A stretch of DNA of 64,000 nucleotides, taken from positions 20,710,001 to 20,774,000 of the forward strand of contig OZ076409.1 of NCBI GenBank assembly GCA_964187785.1, in the 5' to 3' direction. The notes below the pieces were generated by a model. The model was not told the origin of the DNA and did no database searches. It saw only the letters and a list, made by a program, of their open reading frames with translations. The position numbers were made by a program, and so were the translations under genes. This DNA comes from Amphiscolops sp. MND2022 (lineage: Eukaryota). Position 1 is the first letter of the stretch, and the number at the start of each line of letters is the position of its first letter. Below are positions 39,441 to 51,517 of this stretch, piece after piece.

Positions 39441-42400
39441 TCTACCGATCTGATGGCAAACGCCCAGACGGTGTTAATACTTCCTTGGGAAATGGGTAAA
39501 CAGCTGGTGTGGGATGTCACGGTTGTGGATGCTCTTGCACACAGTCGCCGGAATCAAGGCTCTTTATGCAACCCGAGAACCACCGCCACCGAGGCTGAAG
39601 CGCCTAAAATTGAGAAGTATTGCGAATTAATAGACAATGGATACATTTTTCAACCGGTGGTCTTGGAAGTACGGGGTTCTTTAGGAGAGAACAGTGAAAT
39701 TTTCATCACGCGTCTCTGTAATTTGCTCTGTCCTTCGCACGACAATCAACGAGCTGACAGCTTTTCGAAACAAAGGATTTCAATAGCTCTTCAGATCGGC
39801 AATGCGGTCTGTGTTCTAGGAACTGTGAGCGACAGAAATGCGTTCGAAGAAATACAATAAATATAGCTTATTCTCTTAAACCTCTATATCGTTGCAGCTG
39901 TTCAAAAATTTTCTACTGGTCTACTGAGATAGTGGCTGGTATGAGTAGCTTGTTGGTTGTTTTTTCTTCGTCACTTGTCTACTGGGATAGGGTTCCCTAC
40001 TTTCGTTGCAGACCACGGGTGTGTGTCTTCTCCAAAACATGATGATACACATGGCACTTGATGAATAAAGAAGACCCATATCTGACAGTGGAAAAAAATT
40101 GGGACACTAAAAATCCAATTTTAGCCTAATTGTTGTAATACACTTGTTAAATAGCTTCAGAGATGGCAATGATTTGAATTTGAGACAACTGGACAACATA
40201 TCTGACGCTGTTTTGTTGGTTTGTCGCTGCACTTGGGCTGAAAGAACCATCACAACCCGGTAAAATGATTCCATTTTTTTTCATTTTAACAATTCAAGGT
40301 TTTGTTCTTTATACGGATTGCTTCACGGTTGTGATTGTTTTTTGGGGAGATTGGCACTCACCCAAATGTGGCATTCCTGCAATTGGTTAGGTTTCGAGGT
40401 TGAGTTGTGATGAAAAACAACAAAAACTGCAACGCTCCGATGTGTCTGAAGCCCTCAGGGTTGATAGACTGGATACATTGTAGGCTTTGCAACGGATGTG
40501 TTCAGAAAAACTTCGCCAATTTATCAAGAACGGAAGCCCGGAATCTTGCCGAATTTAAATGTAGTAGGTGCACTTTAGTGAACACAGTCCCTCAGTGTCA
40601 GGATGATAACCTTAGACCAGACACCCTTTTCAATTCAGGCGTTGTCCACTTGAAAAAAGTTCCTAAATATTCACAGATCCCTCTAGCTGAAAATTTGACA
40701 ACCAAAATTATTGATATTTGTAAAACCCTGTAAATCATTGCCTTGTGGTGCTTACTGCTCTCCTCTCCAAGCTATTTTTTGGAAAAACCACCTCGAGGAG
40801 GTAAACGTCAGAGGTCATCACTTAGTGCAATTATCAACAAGCGTATTCGAGATGGTGTCATTGAGAAAAAACCGAAACGCGACAGAAAACCGCAGCAAAA
40901 AAGCGAGTTAGATCAACGACTGCGTTCGATTTGCACTAAATTAGACGAAGGTAATGTTAAGGCCGGAATCCGAATGGCAGTAGGCGACGACAAGATTGCA
41001 GATTTCACGGTCGACAACTACGCTGCCCTTAAGCTGAAACATCCGCAGAGGGAAACTTGCTCTGTTCCGGACCCCATAGATATCGATTGTTTTTCAACCT
41101 CGGAGTTTTTCGTCCACAAGGCTATTATGTTCTTCCCTAACGGCTCTAGAGCAGGGTTGGATTGCATTTCGCTTATGTCTTCCCTAACGGCTCTAGAGCA
41201 GAGTTGGATGGCATTTCGCCCCAAATTTTGAAAGATTTGACTGCCACGTCGAACGGGCAAACTGGACTGAATTTTCTCAGAGCCTTAACAAATCTTGTGA
41301 ATGTGATTCTCGAAGGAAAAGTACATTTCGAACTTCGGCCGTACTTCTTTGGTGCGAAACTAATTGCGCTAAAAAGCTCAATGGAGGACTTCGTCCTATT
41401 GCTATATGCAATACTTTCCGCCGATTGTCCGCAAAATGTGCCGGATACCACGTCTTCGAATCACGTCAAGCAAGATATGGAAATTGACAAGTAGGTGTAG
41501 GTACGGAAAGGGGCGCTGAATTGGCCTCACATGTTTTCCGTTGTTTGATAAAAATGTGATTCTCGAAGGAAAAGTACATTTCGAACTTCGGCCGTACTTC
41601 TTTGGTGCGAAACTAATTGCGCTAAAAAGCCCAATGGAGGACTTCGTCCTATTGCTATATGCAATACTTTCCGCCGATTGTCCGCAAAATGTGCCGGATA
41701 CCACGTCTTCGAATCACGTCAAGCAAGATATGGAAATTGACAAGTAGGTGTAGGTACGAAAAGGGGGGCGCTGAATTGGCCTCACATGTTTTCCGTTGTT
41801 TGATAAAAAGCCCTCAGCCCAAAGAAAACGTAATTTTGAAAATTGACTTTGAAAACGCTTTCAATTTGATAAACCGACAATTCATGCTAGAGAAAGTTTT
41901 TGAAAGACACCCTGAAGTGTTTAAGTATTCACTTTCGGCGTACAGTCAGCCAAGTTTTCTTTTTTACGGTGATTCAGAAATAAAATCTTGTGAAGGGACC
42001 CAGCAAGGAGATCCTGAGTCTCCAGCTTTGTTTTCGGATTCCATTCAGGATCTGATTGACAGTTTGGAGTCAAAAATAAACTTATGGTACCTTGACGATA
42101 GAAATTTAAGTGATGATTACCGAAAAGTTTTGAAAGATCTCAAAAAATTGTTGAAACGGAAAGAACGATGGGACTCAAAATTATACCCAGGAAGTGTGAA
42201 ATTTTTTTCCCTGGTGACATCACTGAAAAACGACGATCGACAATCTTAGCAACTTTCCAAAAACTTTGCTCCGGGATCAAAACATCAAAGAAAGATGAAC
42301 TTATTGTTCTTGGTTCACCGCTCGGTCCGAAATCACAAGCAGACCTATTGGAAAAAAATTAATGAACTGGAAAAAGTTAACGGTATTGTTGAAAAACTAG

Positions 42401-43055
42401 ATGCGCACTATGGTTTTTTTATGTTGAAAAATTGCTTCAGTTTGCTGAAGTTGTTGTACTTCCTGAGAACCAGTACATGTCTTAATCATCCAGCTCTGTT
42501 GGATAAATATGACAAAACCGTGCGCCACGGACTTTCGAAAGTGTGTAACGTGAATTTCGACGATATTTCGAGTACTCACCTGGCTCTGCTTGCTGAGATG
42601 GGTGGTCTTGGGGTTTTCTCCGCATCATTATTAGCACTTCCCGCCTTTTTGGCATCAGCTTTTGGTGCGAGTGACTTTCTCACGATGATTTTCTCGGAAA
42701 CATACGAAGATGTTTCGTTTACAAAAGTGCTTGCGAAGTAGTTGAGTTTGACGAATGAACAGGAAAGTCCTCTCGATGGAACTCAGAAGAATTGGACACA
42801 ACCTGTCTACGTCAAAACCGCCCAAGATTTGATTTCTAGAATGGATGACAAACGTTTGAAAGTTTTCAACGCTCATCAAGGCAAATTCGGGTCTAATGGC
42901 TGAACGTCGTTCCTTGCAAGACCCTAGGCCTGAAACTTGATGATCAGCAACTTCGAGTTTCAATTGGTTTGCGTCTAGGTGCCAACATCTGCGTTGCACA
43001 TACGTGCCACTGTGGTAAAAGAGTTGAACGGGACGGTTTACACGGTCTTTCTTGC

Positions 43056-43577
43056 GGAGTGTACGCCTTTAATCTAATTGCTTGGGTCTAATGGAATTAG
43101 ATCTAACTGTTAGGTCTAACTTTCAGATCTACTTTTATCTAAAATATTTAGGTCTAACCCGTTTATGATCTCATATTTGTTCTGAAAGCGAAAATATAAT
43201 GTGGGGCATATGCGATGTATGCACGCTCGCGCTCACCGCGTTCGTTTTGATCGAATTGCAGCGATCGAATGGAATGCGGTCGAATTTTATTGTCTTTGTT
43301 GTATGGCTCGGTCGCTTCGCTCCCTTCGCCAAGTAGCAACATTGAGGCATGGCCATATGGCACGTCGCTCCGCGTAGCTTCGCTCGTGCATTCAGGGCAC
43401 TAGGGGTATGTGAACATATCTGACTACGTTATAAAAATTTCGATCCGAGTTGTTTCGATCCCATTCAAAAATTTGGTATGTCGACCTGAGGACTAACTCT
43501 GATTTTCGATCCCGTTCCTTCGACCTATTTCCGCCCACCCCTCTTAGATCTATTTCATTAGACCTGATTCCACGTAG
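43056..43577. mobile_element. MITE with GGTCTAA/TAGATCT inverted arrays, 9-bp TSD (1 mismatch)
   Basis: CTTTCTTGC 43047-43055 vs CTTTTTTGC 43578-43586; partial reverse-complement shared core at ~43198-43240. Confidence 0.75.
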
Positions 43578-44112
43578 CTTTTTTGCACCAAGAGAGCTGG
43601 TCGCTTCTCACTTCATGCTACTCTCAAATTTCTCGTAAAGCAGACGTTGGGATCTCTCGACTTGCCTTCAATGCTCGAACCGCGTGGACTGTACCGAACT
43701 GATGGCAAACGCCAATAAGGTTTTAACATGATTCCTTGGGAAACGGGTAATCAGCTGGTGTGGGATGTCACGGTTGTGGATGCTCTTGCACTCAGTCGCC
43801 TGAATCAAGGCTCTTTATGCAACCCGGGAACCACCGCCACCGAGGCTGAAGCGCGTAAAATTGAGAACTATCGCGAATTAAGAGATAATGGATACATTTT
43901 TCAGCCAGTGGCCTTGGAAGTACAGGGTCCTTTAGGCGAGAGCAGTGAAATTTTCATCACGCGTCTCTGTAAAGTGCTCTGTCGTTCGCACGAAGATCAA
44001 CGAGCTGGCAGCTTTTTGAAGCAACGGGTTGCAATGGCTCTTCAGATCGGCAATGCGGCCTGTGTTCTAGGAACTGTGAACGACAGAGATGCGTTCGAAG
44101 AAATTTTTTTTT

Positions 44113-44286
44113 TGCACATGACGAAGTCAATGTGCATTGCAGTCCAGCTAAGGAAGTTTTTTTTTCACTATAGACAACTTCATAATGAGCGCCTTTTAGA
44201 AAAAAGCCAAAACCCCAGAGAGATTCGAACCTGCAGCCTCCCGATTGCACGGCATAAGTGTTGACCACTGTGCCATAGGGACGTTT
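44113..44286 (-). mobile_element. tRNA-derived repeat (second copy 57828-58005)
   Basis: Minus strand TGGCACAGTGG A box and GGTTCGAATC B box followed by T-run; near identity between the copies. Confidence 0.75.
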
Positions 44287-45138
44287 TTTACCTTTATATC
44301 AAAGCAGCTTTTAAAAAATTCCACCTGTTGACTGCATATTGGCTGGGTTGAATAGTTTGTTGGTTGTTTTTTTTGTTACTGGTATAGTGGCTGGTATGGG
44401 GTTCCCTACTTTCCACTGCTGAAACTTGTATGTGTTGATGTGGTGTTCTCTACCCATCAAGGTTACTTCAAACAAGTGTACGGTGTAGCTATGGGCAGCC
44501 CCTCAGGTCCCCTTCTCGCAAATGTGTTCATGTCAAAATTTGACAAGGATCTAGGCTTCTTCAGTCCCTTCTATTATAGATATGTGGACGACATACTGAG
44601 AACTATGTTGGTAGGAGGAGGAGAAAACCTGTTGAATTTTGCGAACACAATGCATCCAAATCTCAAGTTTACATTGGAAAGTGAGGATAATGAAGGTGCA
44701 CTATCATTTTTAGACATGCGTGTGGAGCATGTTGGGAACAAAATCGAAGCCTTATGGTACACCAAAAAAACGGACACTGGTGTTGTTCTCAACTACAACA
44801 GCGAAGCAACAAACATTTTCAAGTCTGGCATCGTATCAGGTTTCGTACATCGCATATTCAATACATGCTCTTCGTGGCCTAGATTTCACGATGGACTGAT
44901 GAAAGCACAGAAGATTTTACGTGACAATCAATATCCCACTGGTTTTATTGAAAAAATTACCAGTCACACCTTGGACAACATTTTGGCACCGGTGAAGAGT
45001 GGTCTTCCTGCGAAGCTGAATTGTCCGAAGGCTGATTTGAACATCGGTTTAAAGTTAATGTACAATGGGCCGTCATCAATTACCCTTGCCAAGAATCTGA
45101 AGAAGACCCTAGAACCATTGGCATCACTCAATGTCTTC

Positions 45139-45305
45139 TATAACAACCCAAGCTCGACATGATTGTGAGAAAATAGCCATTACAGGACTCGAACCTGCAT
45201 CTCAAGACAGATCTAGCTAGCAGTCAAGTGCCTTAACCCTTAGACCAAATGACTTATTTAATCTCACCAATCATTCGACTTATCACTAACAACGCTGTTG
45301 TTATA
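45139..45305. mobile_element. 167-bp solo-LTR-like insertion with 4-bp TSD CTTC and an internal tRNA-like cassette (minus strand)
   Basis: Terminal IR TATAACAAC/GTTGTTATA; removing it and the hAT restores the PLE frame NVFFTTTKL; minus-strand TGGTCTAAGGG and GGTTCGAGTCC boxes. Confidence 0.75.
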
Positions 45306-46812
45306 CTTCTTTACAGGGTTTCCAAGTACTTAGTTTAACGACGAATTGGTATTTGTATATTTGGTCTAGCAGTTAATTGTATTTGGAATTGGTCCGAAAA
45401 TAAAAATTGTATTTGTATTTGCTGTTTGGGCAATTACAAGATTTGAAAATTGTATTTGAAATTGGTATTTTCAATTGACAAAAATCGACATTTTTTCGAT
45501 TTTTTTTCAAAAATGCGACAAAAAAATGACATTGTAACGTTTTAATTTTTCAAAATCTGCACATTGAGTTTGAAATTGCGGGAGTGCGTGTAGTGAGAAA
45601 AAACAAGGAAACCAACAGCGACCATCTAATCTAAAAAAATTTTCATGATTTCTGAACGCGCGGTCGATCATATAACGGGGGCATAAACTGTATATGGATG
45701 GGCTGCCTGGTGAAAACAACATAGATGGTACGTACATTGAATTAAATGACAAAACAGGATTTTAAATAACAAACCTTAACAACTTCAAACCTCAACAACA
45801 AGAAACTGAACTAAACTCAAGAGTATGGCAATTAAGGGGAGAAGAATAGAAAGCTCAGTTGAATAGCAGCTTGTTCTTAGCAATAAATACGTTTCGCTCG
45901 TGTATCTGGGGGCTCATACGCCTTTGCAAATAGTTTTTTGATAGACGACCCAGTGAAAACAACCTTTCAGCGTCCACAGTTGACGGTTTGAAATTCGTGA
46001 GATAAGGCAGTATGTCAAAGTCAGATTCTTCGTTTGACTCGCTGTGGTTCAATTGGTTTTCAAGGTCTTTGAAAGTAGAAAGAGACATAACTTCAGATGG
46101 CGTATAGTCATGCCCTGAAAAAACTGTTGTGATTTGCTCTGGTTCAGGCAGACAGGTTTGTTTGACAAACTCATAGAATGGACCATTTCGGAATAAAATG
46201 CCCGTCGCTACTGGATTAGAAGAAAGATGTTTCATGAAAAGCTCATTTATTGGTGACTAAAGAGACTTCTCTGCTCTTGAATTCAAAAGCAAAATGAGTT
46301 TGTCAACGATAAAATGGTACTCCTCCTCAAGACAATTATTCAAAGAATCGAATGAAACCTCGGTAATCCCCAATCTGCGATAGAAATACTGCAAAGTTTC
46401 AGGGTTCCATGGTTATTAGCCGTAACAATAGTTTGACACTTTATACACTTCCGTCGTTGTGTTTTCCGTCCATTTCGGAACTCACACAAGAAAAACTTTT
46501 GTTTCAGTATGTTCCACTGGGTATTGTCAGCTACGCAAAGGTTTTCGGATTCCGGCTCCACCGATGCCTCAGGCTCAGACGACAACTCTACCACCGAATC
46601 AGACATCAACTGAAAAAACATAAAATCATGCTAACCAGAAAAACAGCATGAGAAAGTTTCTTTTAAAAAAGAAACTTCAAAAAATAGTAGTCTAAAAAAC
46701 AACACAACATTTTTATACAACAAATCTAAGCGTGTACCTAACCCAGCTGAAAATTCGAATTTTGATTTCTAAAATCGTAATTGGAATTGGGTTTGCTATT
46801 TGGAGGGGGTAC

Positions 46813-48631
46813 CTCAACACTGAGTACCCGCACGCTCCGACGTTTTTCGGCGAGGCATGTAAGGTCGCCAGAAGCACAAAAATCCTGGGATTGATTGTGG
46901 ACGACAAACTGAATTTCAACGAACACCTACAGCAGGTAGAAGGGAAAGTTGCTAAACAGCTGAACATATTTGAAAAGTTTTGCGGCTCTAATTGGGGTCT
47001 AAGGCAAGCAACGCTCATAAAGCTTTACAAAACTCTAGTGCTCCCCCGACTTCTGTACGCGGCCCCTGTGTGGGCCAGGAAACACGTTCAAGCACTGAGC
47101 CGTTTTCAATACACCGCGCTCAAACTTATCATAGGTACAAGTACGAAATTCGACCAGTTGGCAGCAGAAATACTGTGCGGTCTCCCGCCTATGCAATTAC
47201 AAATTGACATAATCACTATTAATTTTGGAATCAAGCTCTCTCAACAGCAGGACATATTCTGGAAACTGTACCGGAAATGTCAATTGCCGGAAATAAAAAG
47301 CGATAAAAACCTCATTAACAATTTTTATAAAGTCACAGGAGCAATAAATTGTTACACGGTGTCAACTTGCAATGAGTACCTGAGAAGTAGATGGAACAGA
47401 ATATTCAAGAACGCGCTCACGACTACCCCACTGGATTGGTCAATCACTCAAATTGAATTGGAAGGGATTGCCTATCCAAAAACGACAAGCAGACACCTAG
47501 AAAGAACTATCAACAAGCTCCTTTTGAATTGCAACGTGGAACTGGCAGAGTATGCGTACAAAATTTGGCGAGCGGAGACTCCGCTCTGCCCTTGTCGAGA
47601 AGAGGCAGAATCAGTCACGCACTACTTATTCTTCTGCCCCCTGTACGAGCAGTTTCGTGCGCCCGATTTTGTCGCAGGAAACATCTATTCACTTACCTGG
47701 ACCACGAACCTGAAAAATTTCATCATAGATTCTGGACGTTTCGAAAGAAGCACAGAAAGGAAGCGACACTTTCAAGAGAGTACTCGACTACTAAAGACTC
47801 ATAATTTTTGAGGCTATGACTAACAGACCTTCAACTTTTACTTTATTTACTCAGAACTGATACCAAGTGGGTGACACGAAACGGGTCGAAATAATCCGGT
47901 CGAATTGCAAGGGCGAAACTGTGATCGAACGAAATTGATCGAAGTAAAATGATCGAAGAAAATGGTCGAAAGTTTGCAAAAAACGGACCTATACCGAATA
48001 GAAAAATAGGAAAAGCGTCGAACAACTAGAAAGTGGTCAGAATTGCTCAAAAATGTCAAAACGTTCAGAAATGCGATTTTTTGCATAATGGACGAACTTT
48101 AACGCGGTTTTTTTTTAGTACAAAACGTGCCTCGGATATGTCCCCATTTCCTCTAGTGCCCCGCGGCCCCTTGGGGCTGCTTATATTCCCATCTTGCTAA
48201 GCGAGGTCGAACAGGAGCAAAGACATAGCGGGAACGGAGATCGCGAAGCGATCGTAGTGGGAGCTGGTCTTTGCGACGGTGAGGGCGAGCGTGCATACAT
48301 CGCATATGCCCCACATTATATAAACTAAAAGTCTCTGCCATTTGATGTGTTCACGACCGCGGTCACCCATAACCAAACCTGAAATTAGATTAAATAAGAT
48401 TGTTGGTTAATTTTTTCGACTAAATTCTATCTTGAAAAGCAGTTCGACCTTAATCGTTCGATCAAAAAATGCTACATATTCAATTTCGACCCAATTATTT
48501 TTCGACCAGTTTCGACCTCAGTTTTTTCGACCAAACTTTTTCGACCTGGTTATACGTCGCCATACCAAGTGCCTAAAACATAATTGTTAGATTAACCCGC
48601 AATTTAGGGGTTGTGTAGATTCTATATATAT
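46813..48631 (+). mobile_element. 5'-truncated LINE (RT thumb + CCHC C-terminus) with (TA)n tail and 9-bp TSD AGGGGGTAC
   Basis: KILGLIVDDKLNFNEH, YKTLVLPRLLYAAPVW, CPC...E..THYLFFC in ORF ending 47811; TSD 46804-46812 and 48632-48640. Confidence 0.88.
47870..48561. mobile_element. MULE-like MITE with GGTCGAA/TTCGACC inverted arrays and GC-rich core, 10-bp TSD ATACCAAGTG
   Basis: TSD 47860-47869 and 48562-48571; imperfect TIR GGTGAC.../...GTCGCC. Confidence 0.88.
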
Positions 48632-49209
48632 AGGGGGTACAAGTACTTGGAATTGGGTATTTGGTTTTCGACAAAAATAGTATTTGAAATTGTATTTGGG
48701 TCCGATTTTCTCCTAATTACTTGGTATTTGGGCAATTACTTGATTTGCTATTTGAAAACCCTGCTTCTTTACCACCACGAAATTGATGTCAAACTTGCCT
48801 AGCCTGAAAGCAGTTGTTCCTAAACCTATTCGGAGTCGTCTTGTATACGAAATAAGTTGTTCTGCTTGCTGTGGAACCTATGTTGGACAAACCATCCGAC
48901 ATTTAGACGTCCGAATACGCGAACACAATAACAAAAGCACGCCAGTGGGCCAACACTTCTCCAATTGCGGATTGGAATTGAGCTTGGAAGACGTGCGAAT
49001 ACTGACAACTGAAAAGCATCCCAAAACCCTATTGGCACTTGAAGCTGTACTCATTCGTAGAAAGAAGCCCATCCTCAACACGCGCGACGAATTTGGAAGC
49101 CACACGCTGAACTATGTTTTTTTAATGTGGCAGTAGTTCTGCCCTGTAATCATTTAGTGATTGTACAAAACCTGGTTTTGCAACTAAATGTTTTTATTTT
49201 AGATACAAT

Positions 49210-49253
49210 GTTAACTGATGATGAATGATGTTACATTCGAAAAGCTTTTTAAT
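49210..49253 (+). ncRNA. Minimal type I hammerhead ribozyme in the PLE 3' region
   Basis: GTTAA-CTGATGA-T-GAATG(atgtta)CATTC-GAA-AAGCTT-T-TTAAT: core motifs, 5-bp stem II, palindromic stem III. Confidence 0.8.
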
Positions 49254-49558
49254 TCAACACTTGTTTTTTAATTCCTCAATTCCCTACTTTCGTTGCAGAC
49301 CACGGGTGTGTGTCTTCTCCCCCCAACATGATGATACACATGGCACTTGATTGATGACGAAGATCCATGATATCTGATAGAGGAAAAAAAGTTTTTTATG
49401 GGAGGGGGGTTTAGCAAACAGGATCCAATCGTCCTGTTCAAGTAACTACCACTTGCGTAATGTTGAAATCTTTCAAGACCTATTAAATATATCGCTGTGT
49501 ATAAAAATAATAAGTGCTAAAATAATATCAGCGCCTTGAGATTGTTGTTCTCTTTCAG

Positions 49559-51004
49559 AGTATACAATGGAAAAATCACATCATTGTACGGTGGACAACT
49601 GTTCCCGGGTTTTCACGAAGAAAAGTAAATTGCGGCAACATTTAGCTTCGACTCATAAAATCTCTACTGATTACATCTGTAAAAAATGCGATGCAGTTTT
49701 TGACTCACAAACTAATTTAACTCGTCATAACAAAGTCCACGTTGGGTACAACTGTGAGAAGTGTTCGTGTTCTTTCTCTACGTGGTCAGAGCTGACAAAA
49801 CATTGCAAAAGCGAACATCGAGTGGTTGCAATCAAATGTGGTGGCTGTCGAAAAAAGGTCATGTCGAAGGAGGATCTGGTAAAGCACTACCCTGAGTGCC
49901 CAAAGCTTAGCGAGCTGACATGCAAGTTTTGTTCTCGGCAGTTCTCCAGGAAAGGACTCCGAAAAACTAATAAAGCTATAATTAACTTCCACCAATTGAC
50001 GTAAGGCAGAAAGTTTCCATCAAATAAGTTCTGCCATATCTGAAATTTCGAGGAACAACGTAAGTGTAGCTATTTTTGCATCTACCTGGTGATACCTTAT
50101 TTATATTTTTGCTCAGCTTCATTTGAGTTCACGTGTCCTTGGGACACATGTGCATAAAAATTCTATAGAAGAGGGTTCTATGTAGGAAAAATTATGAAAT
50201 CAAACAAGGCGGGAACATCACAAGTCGGCGCCCGCCCAAAATTCAAAACAACAGCCCCAAAAAATGAAAAGAGAATTTGGGTTTCTAACTTTTTTTAATT
50301 CTTTCTCTTTTTATTCTAACTTTCAATTACGATAGCAGGCTGTTTTTGAAACTGATTCCTACTCGTCATGTCAGTAGTTGTAGAAAATGGGAGGTTGGCG
50401 TAATAATTTCTTTTTGATACGACTTTTTCCTCTCGCTTGATCAATTTCGTGATACGCTGAATAAAAATAGTTTTTCGGAAGCCTCGTCTCCAGGCCAATG
50501 AATGTGCGAATACATATACGAACAGTTCATGAGAAACAACGCGAATTCGTTTGTTACATCTGCAACAAAGCATTCCTTCATGCACACAATCACACAAGTC
50601 ACTTGGCAAATTGTATTTCTGCTCAAGAACGAGGTGAACCATTGAACAAAGCACCCACCTCTGATGGTATTACTTGTTCAGGGTGTGGGAAATATCTTTG
50701 TTACAAACGTAGTTGGTGGCGACATAAAAAGCGATGTGTCATGTTGAAGGACGCATCTAATAAAACTGAAGACTTTGGGGCTGCTTTGGGCTTTGACGAA
50801 TCTTTATTACATGGAGCGTCTTCTGAAGCCGCTGAAACTGTTCCCGGATGTCAAGCTCTAACTACTGACGCGTTGATGAGCGAACACGAGTCAGTATCGT
50901 CAGAAATGGAAACAGACTCAGACAGTGATGAACATTTATTTTCAATTGAATTAAATTATTTTAAAAAATTGTTATACCTGAATAGTTCAAATTCTTGTGC
51001 ATAA
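49559..51004 (+). CDS. TFIIIA/p43-like C2H2 zinc-finger protein (fingers ~4-9 plus an extra atypical finger); exons ~49559-49949 and 50494-~51004; upstream exons not located
   Basis: Acceptor TTTCAG ending 49558; HVGYNC..C...STWSELTKH resembles TFIIIA finger 6; joined frame CSRQFSR|PMNVRIHIRTVHEKQREFVC resembles fingers 8-9; acidic tail. Confidence 0.75.
49951..50486. mobile_element. MITE with 8-bp TSD TCTCCAGG inside a zinc-finger coding segment
   Basis: TIR AAAGGACTCCGAAAAACTA / TAGTTTTTCGGAAGCCTCG; TSD 49943-49950 and 50487-50494. Confidence 0.9.
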
Positions 51005-51110
51005 AATAGGACCCAATCCGAAGTAATAGTGCTTTTCTTCAAAGAGTTTATTTTGAATTGATTTTGCAAACTTGGGGCATGAAAAATTCCTCCGAAAACT
51101 AAATTTTCAG

Positions 51111-51517
51111 CCACAAAACGACCGTGTCACATACTCGACAGGAATATTAAATTTCATTTTGTATTCCGATCATAAATGTACATCACTGAATGCAGATGCC
51201 TCTGTACTGTCGAATACATTACCTCAACGACAACCAAGAAATGCTCCTGATTCCCAAACTGTCATCATTGACCAGGGTACCAATGAAAGTGAATCCCCGC
51301 TGGTGTCTGAAACGAAATCTGGTTTACTCAGTGAAAAACAAAAAGATGACATTGGCAGCAGTAAACTCGTCAACTCAGAACCGAATCTTGAGAAGGACAC
51401 GTCGTTTGAAATCAGCCTTCCTCCTGCTTTGAAGTTTCCATCAAAAGGTGTCCATAAATCTCGAAAGTTCACCATTGGACCGAAGAAAAAAATGAAAATT
51501 GAACATTCACTCATTAC
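51111..51517 (+). CDS. Possible downstream exon (Ser-rich, NLS-like PKKKMK)
   Basis: Open frame after TTTTCAG acceptor at 51110; no recognised domain and link to the zinc-finger gene unproven. Confidence 0.3.

Larger units (their letters stand above)
34008..40100 (+). mobile_element. 5'-truncated CRE-like element, copy 1, interrupted by Copia (34318-38554) and a MITE (~38705-39440)
   Basis: Segments 34008-34317, 38555-38704 and 39441-40100 align with 42716-44100 and its 3' UTR; RLE motif PWEMGKQLVWDVTVVD. Confidence 0.85.
40150..44413 (+). mobile_element. CRE-like RLE non-LTR retrotransposon, copy 2 (PHD finger, RT, zinc knuckle, RLE), frameshifted; 3' UTR continues at 49292-49390
   Basis: PHD-like C..C...WIHC..C...C..C (40407); DFENAFN, GTQQGDP, WYLDD, GGLGV; CHCG...HGLSC; LVWDVTVVD...EARK; 253-bp internal tandem duplication 41300-41808. 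Confidence 0.9.
45314..48763 (-). mobile_element. hAT DNA transposon with deleted/degenerate transposase, 8-bp TSD CTTCTTTA
   Basis: TIR CAGGGTTTCCAAGTA / TATTTGAAAACCCTG; TSD 45306-45313 and 48764-48771; BED-like CIKC...HGT (46340-46621) and hATC PSTVDAERLFS (45855-46235). Confidence 0.9.
44414..49279 (+). mobile_element. 5'-truncated Penelope-like element (RT 44414-45138, GIY-YIG ~48768-49136), 12-bp TSD TTCCCTACTTTC
   Basis: GVAMGSP, YRYVDD, SFLD; LVYEISC..C..TYVGQT.RHL..RI.EH; TSD 44402-44413 and 49280-49291; empty site visible at ~39993. Confidence 0.93.

Noticed and set aside
46732..46812. N-terminus of the 359-aa ORF as a real protein start
   Set aside because: Lies outside the LINE TSD; chance open frame in hAT subterminal sequence
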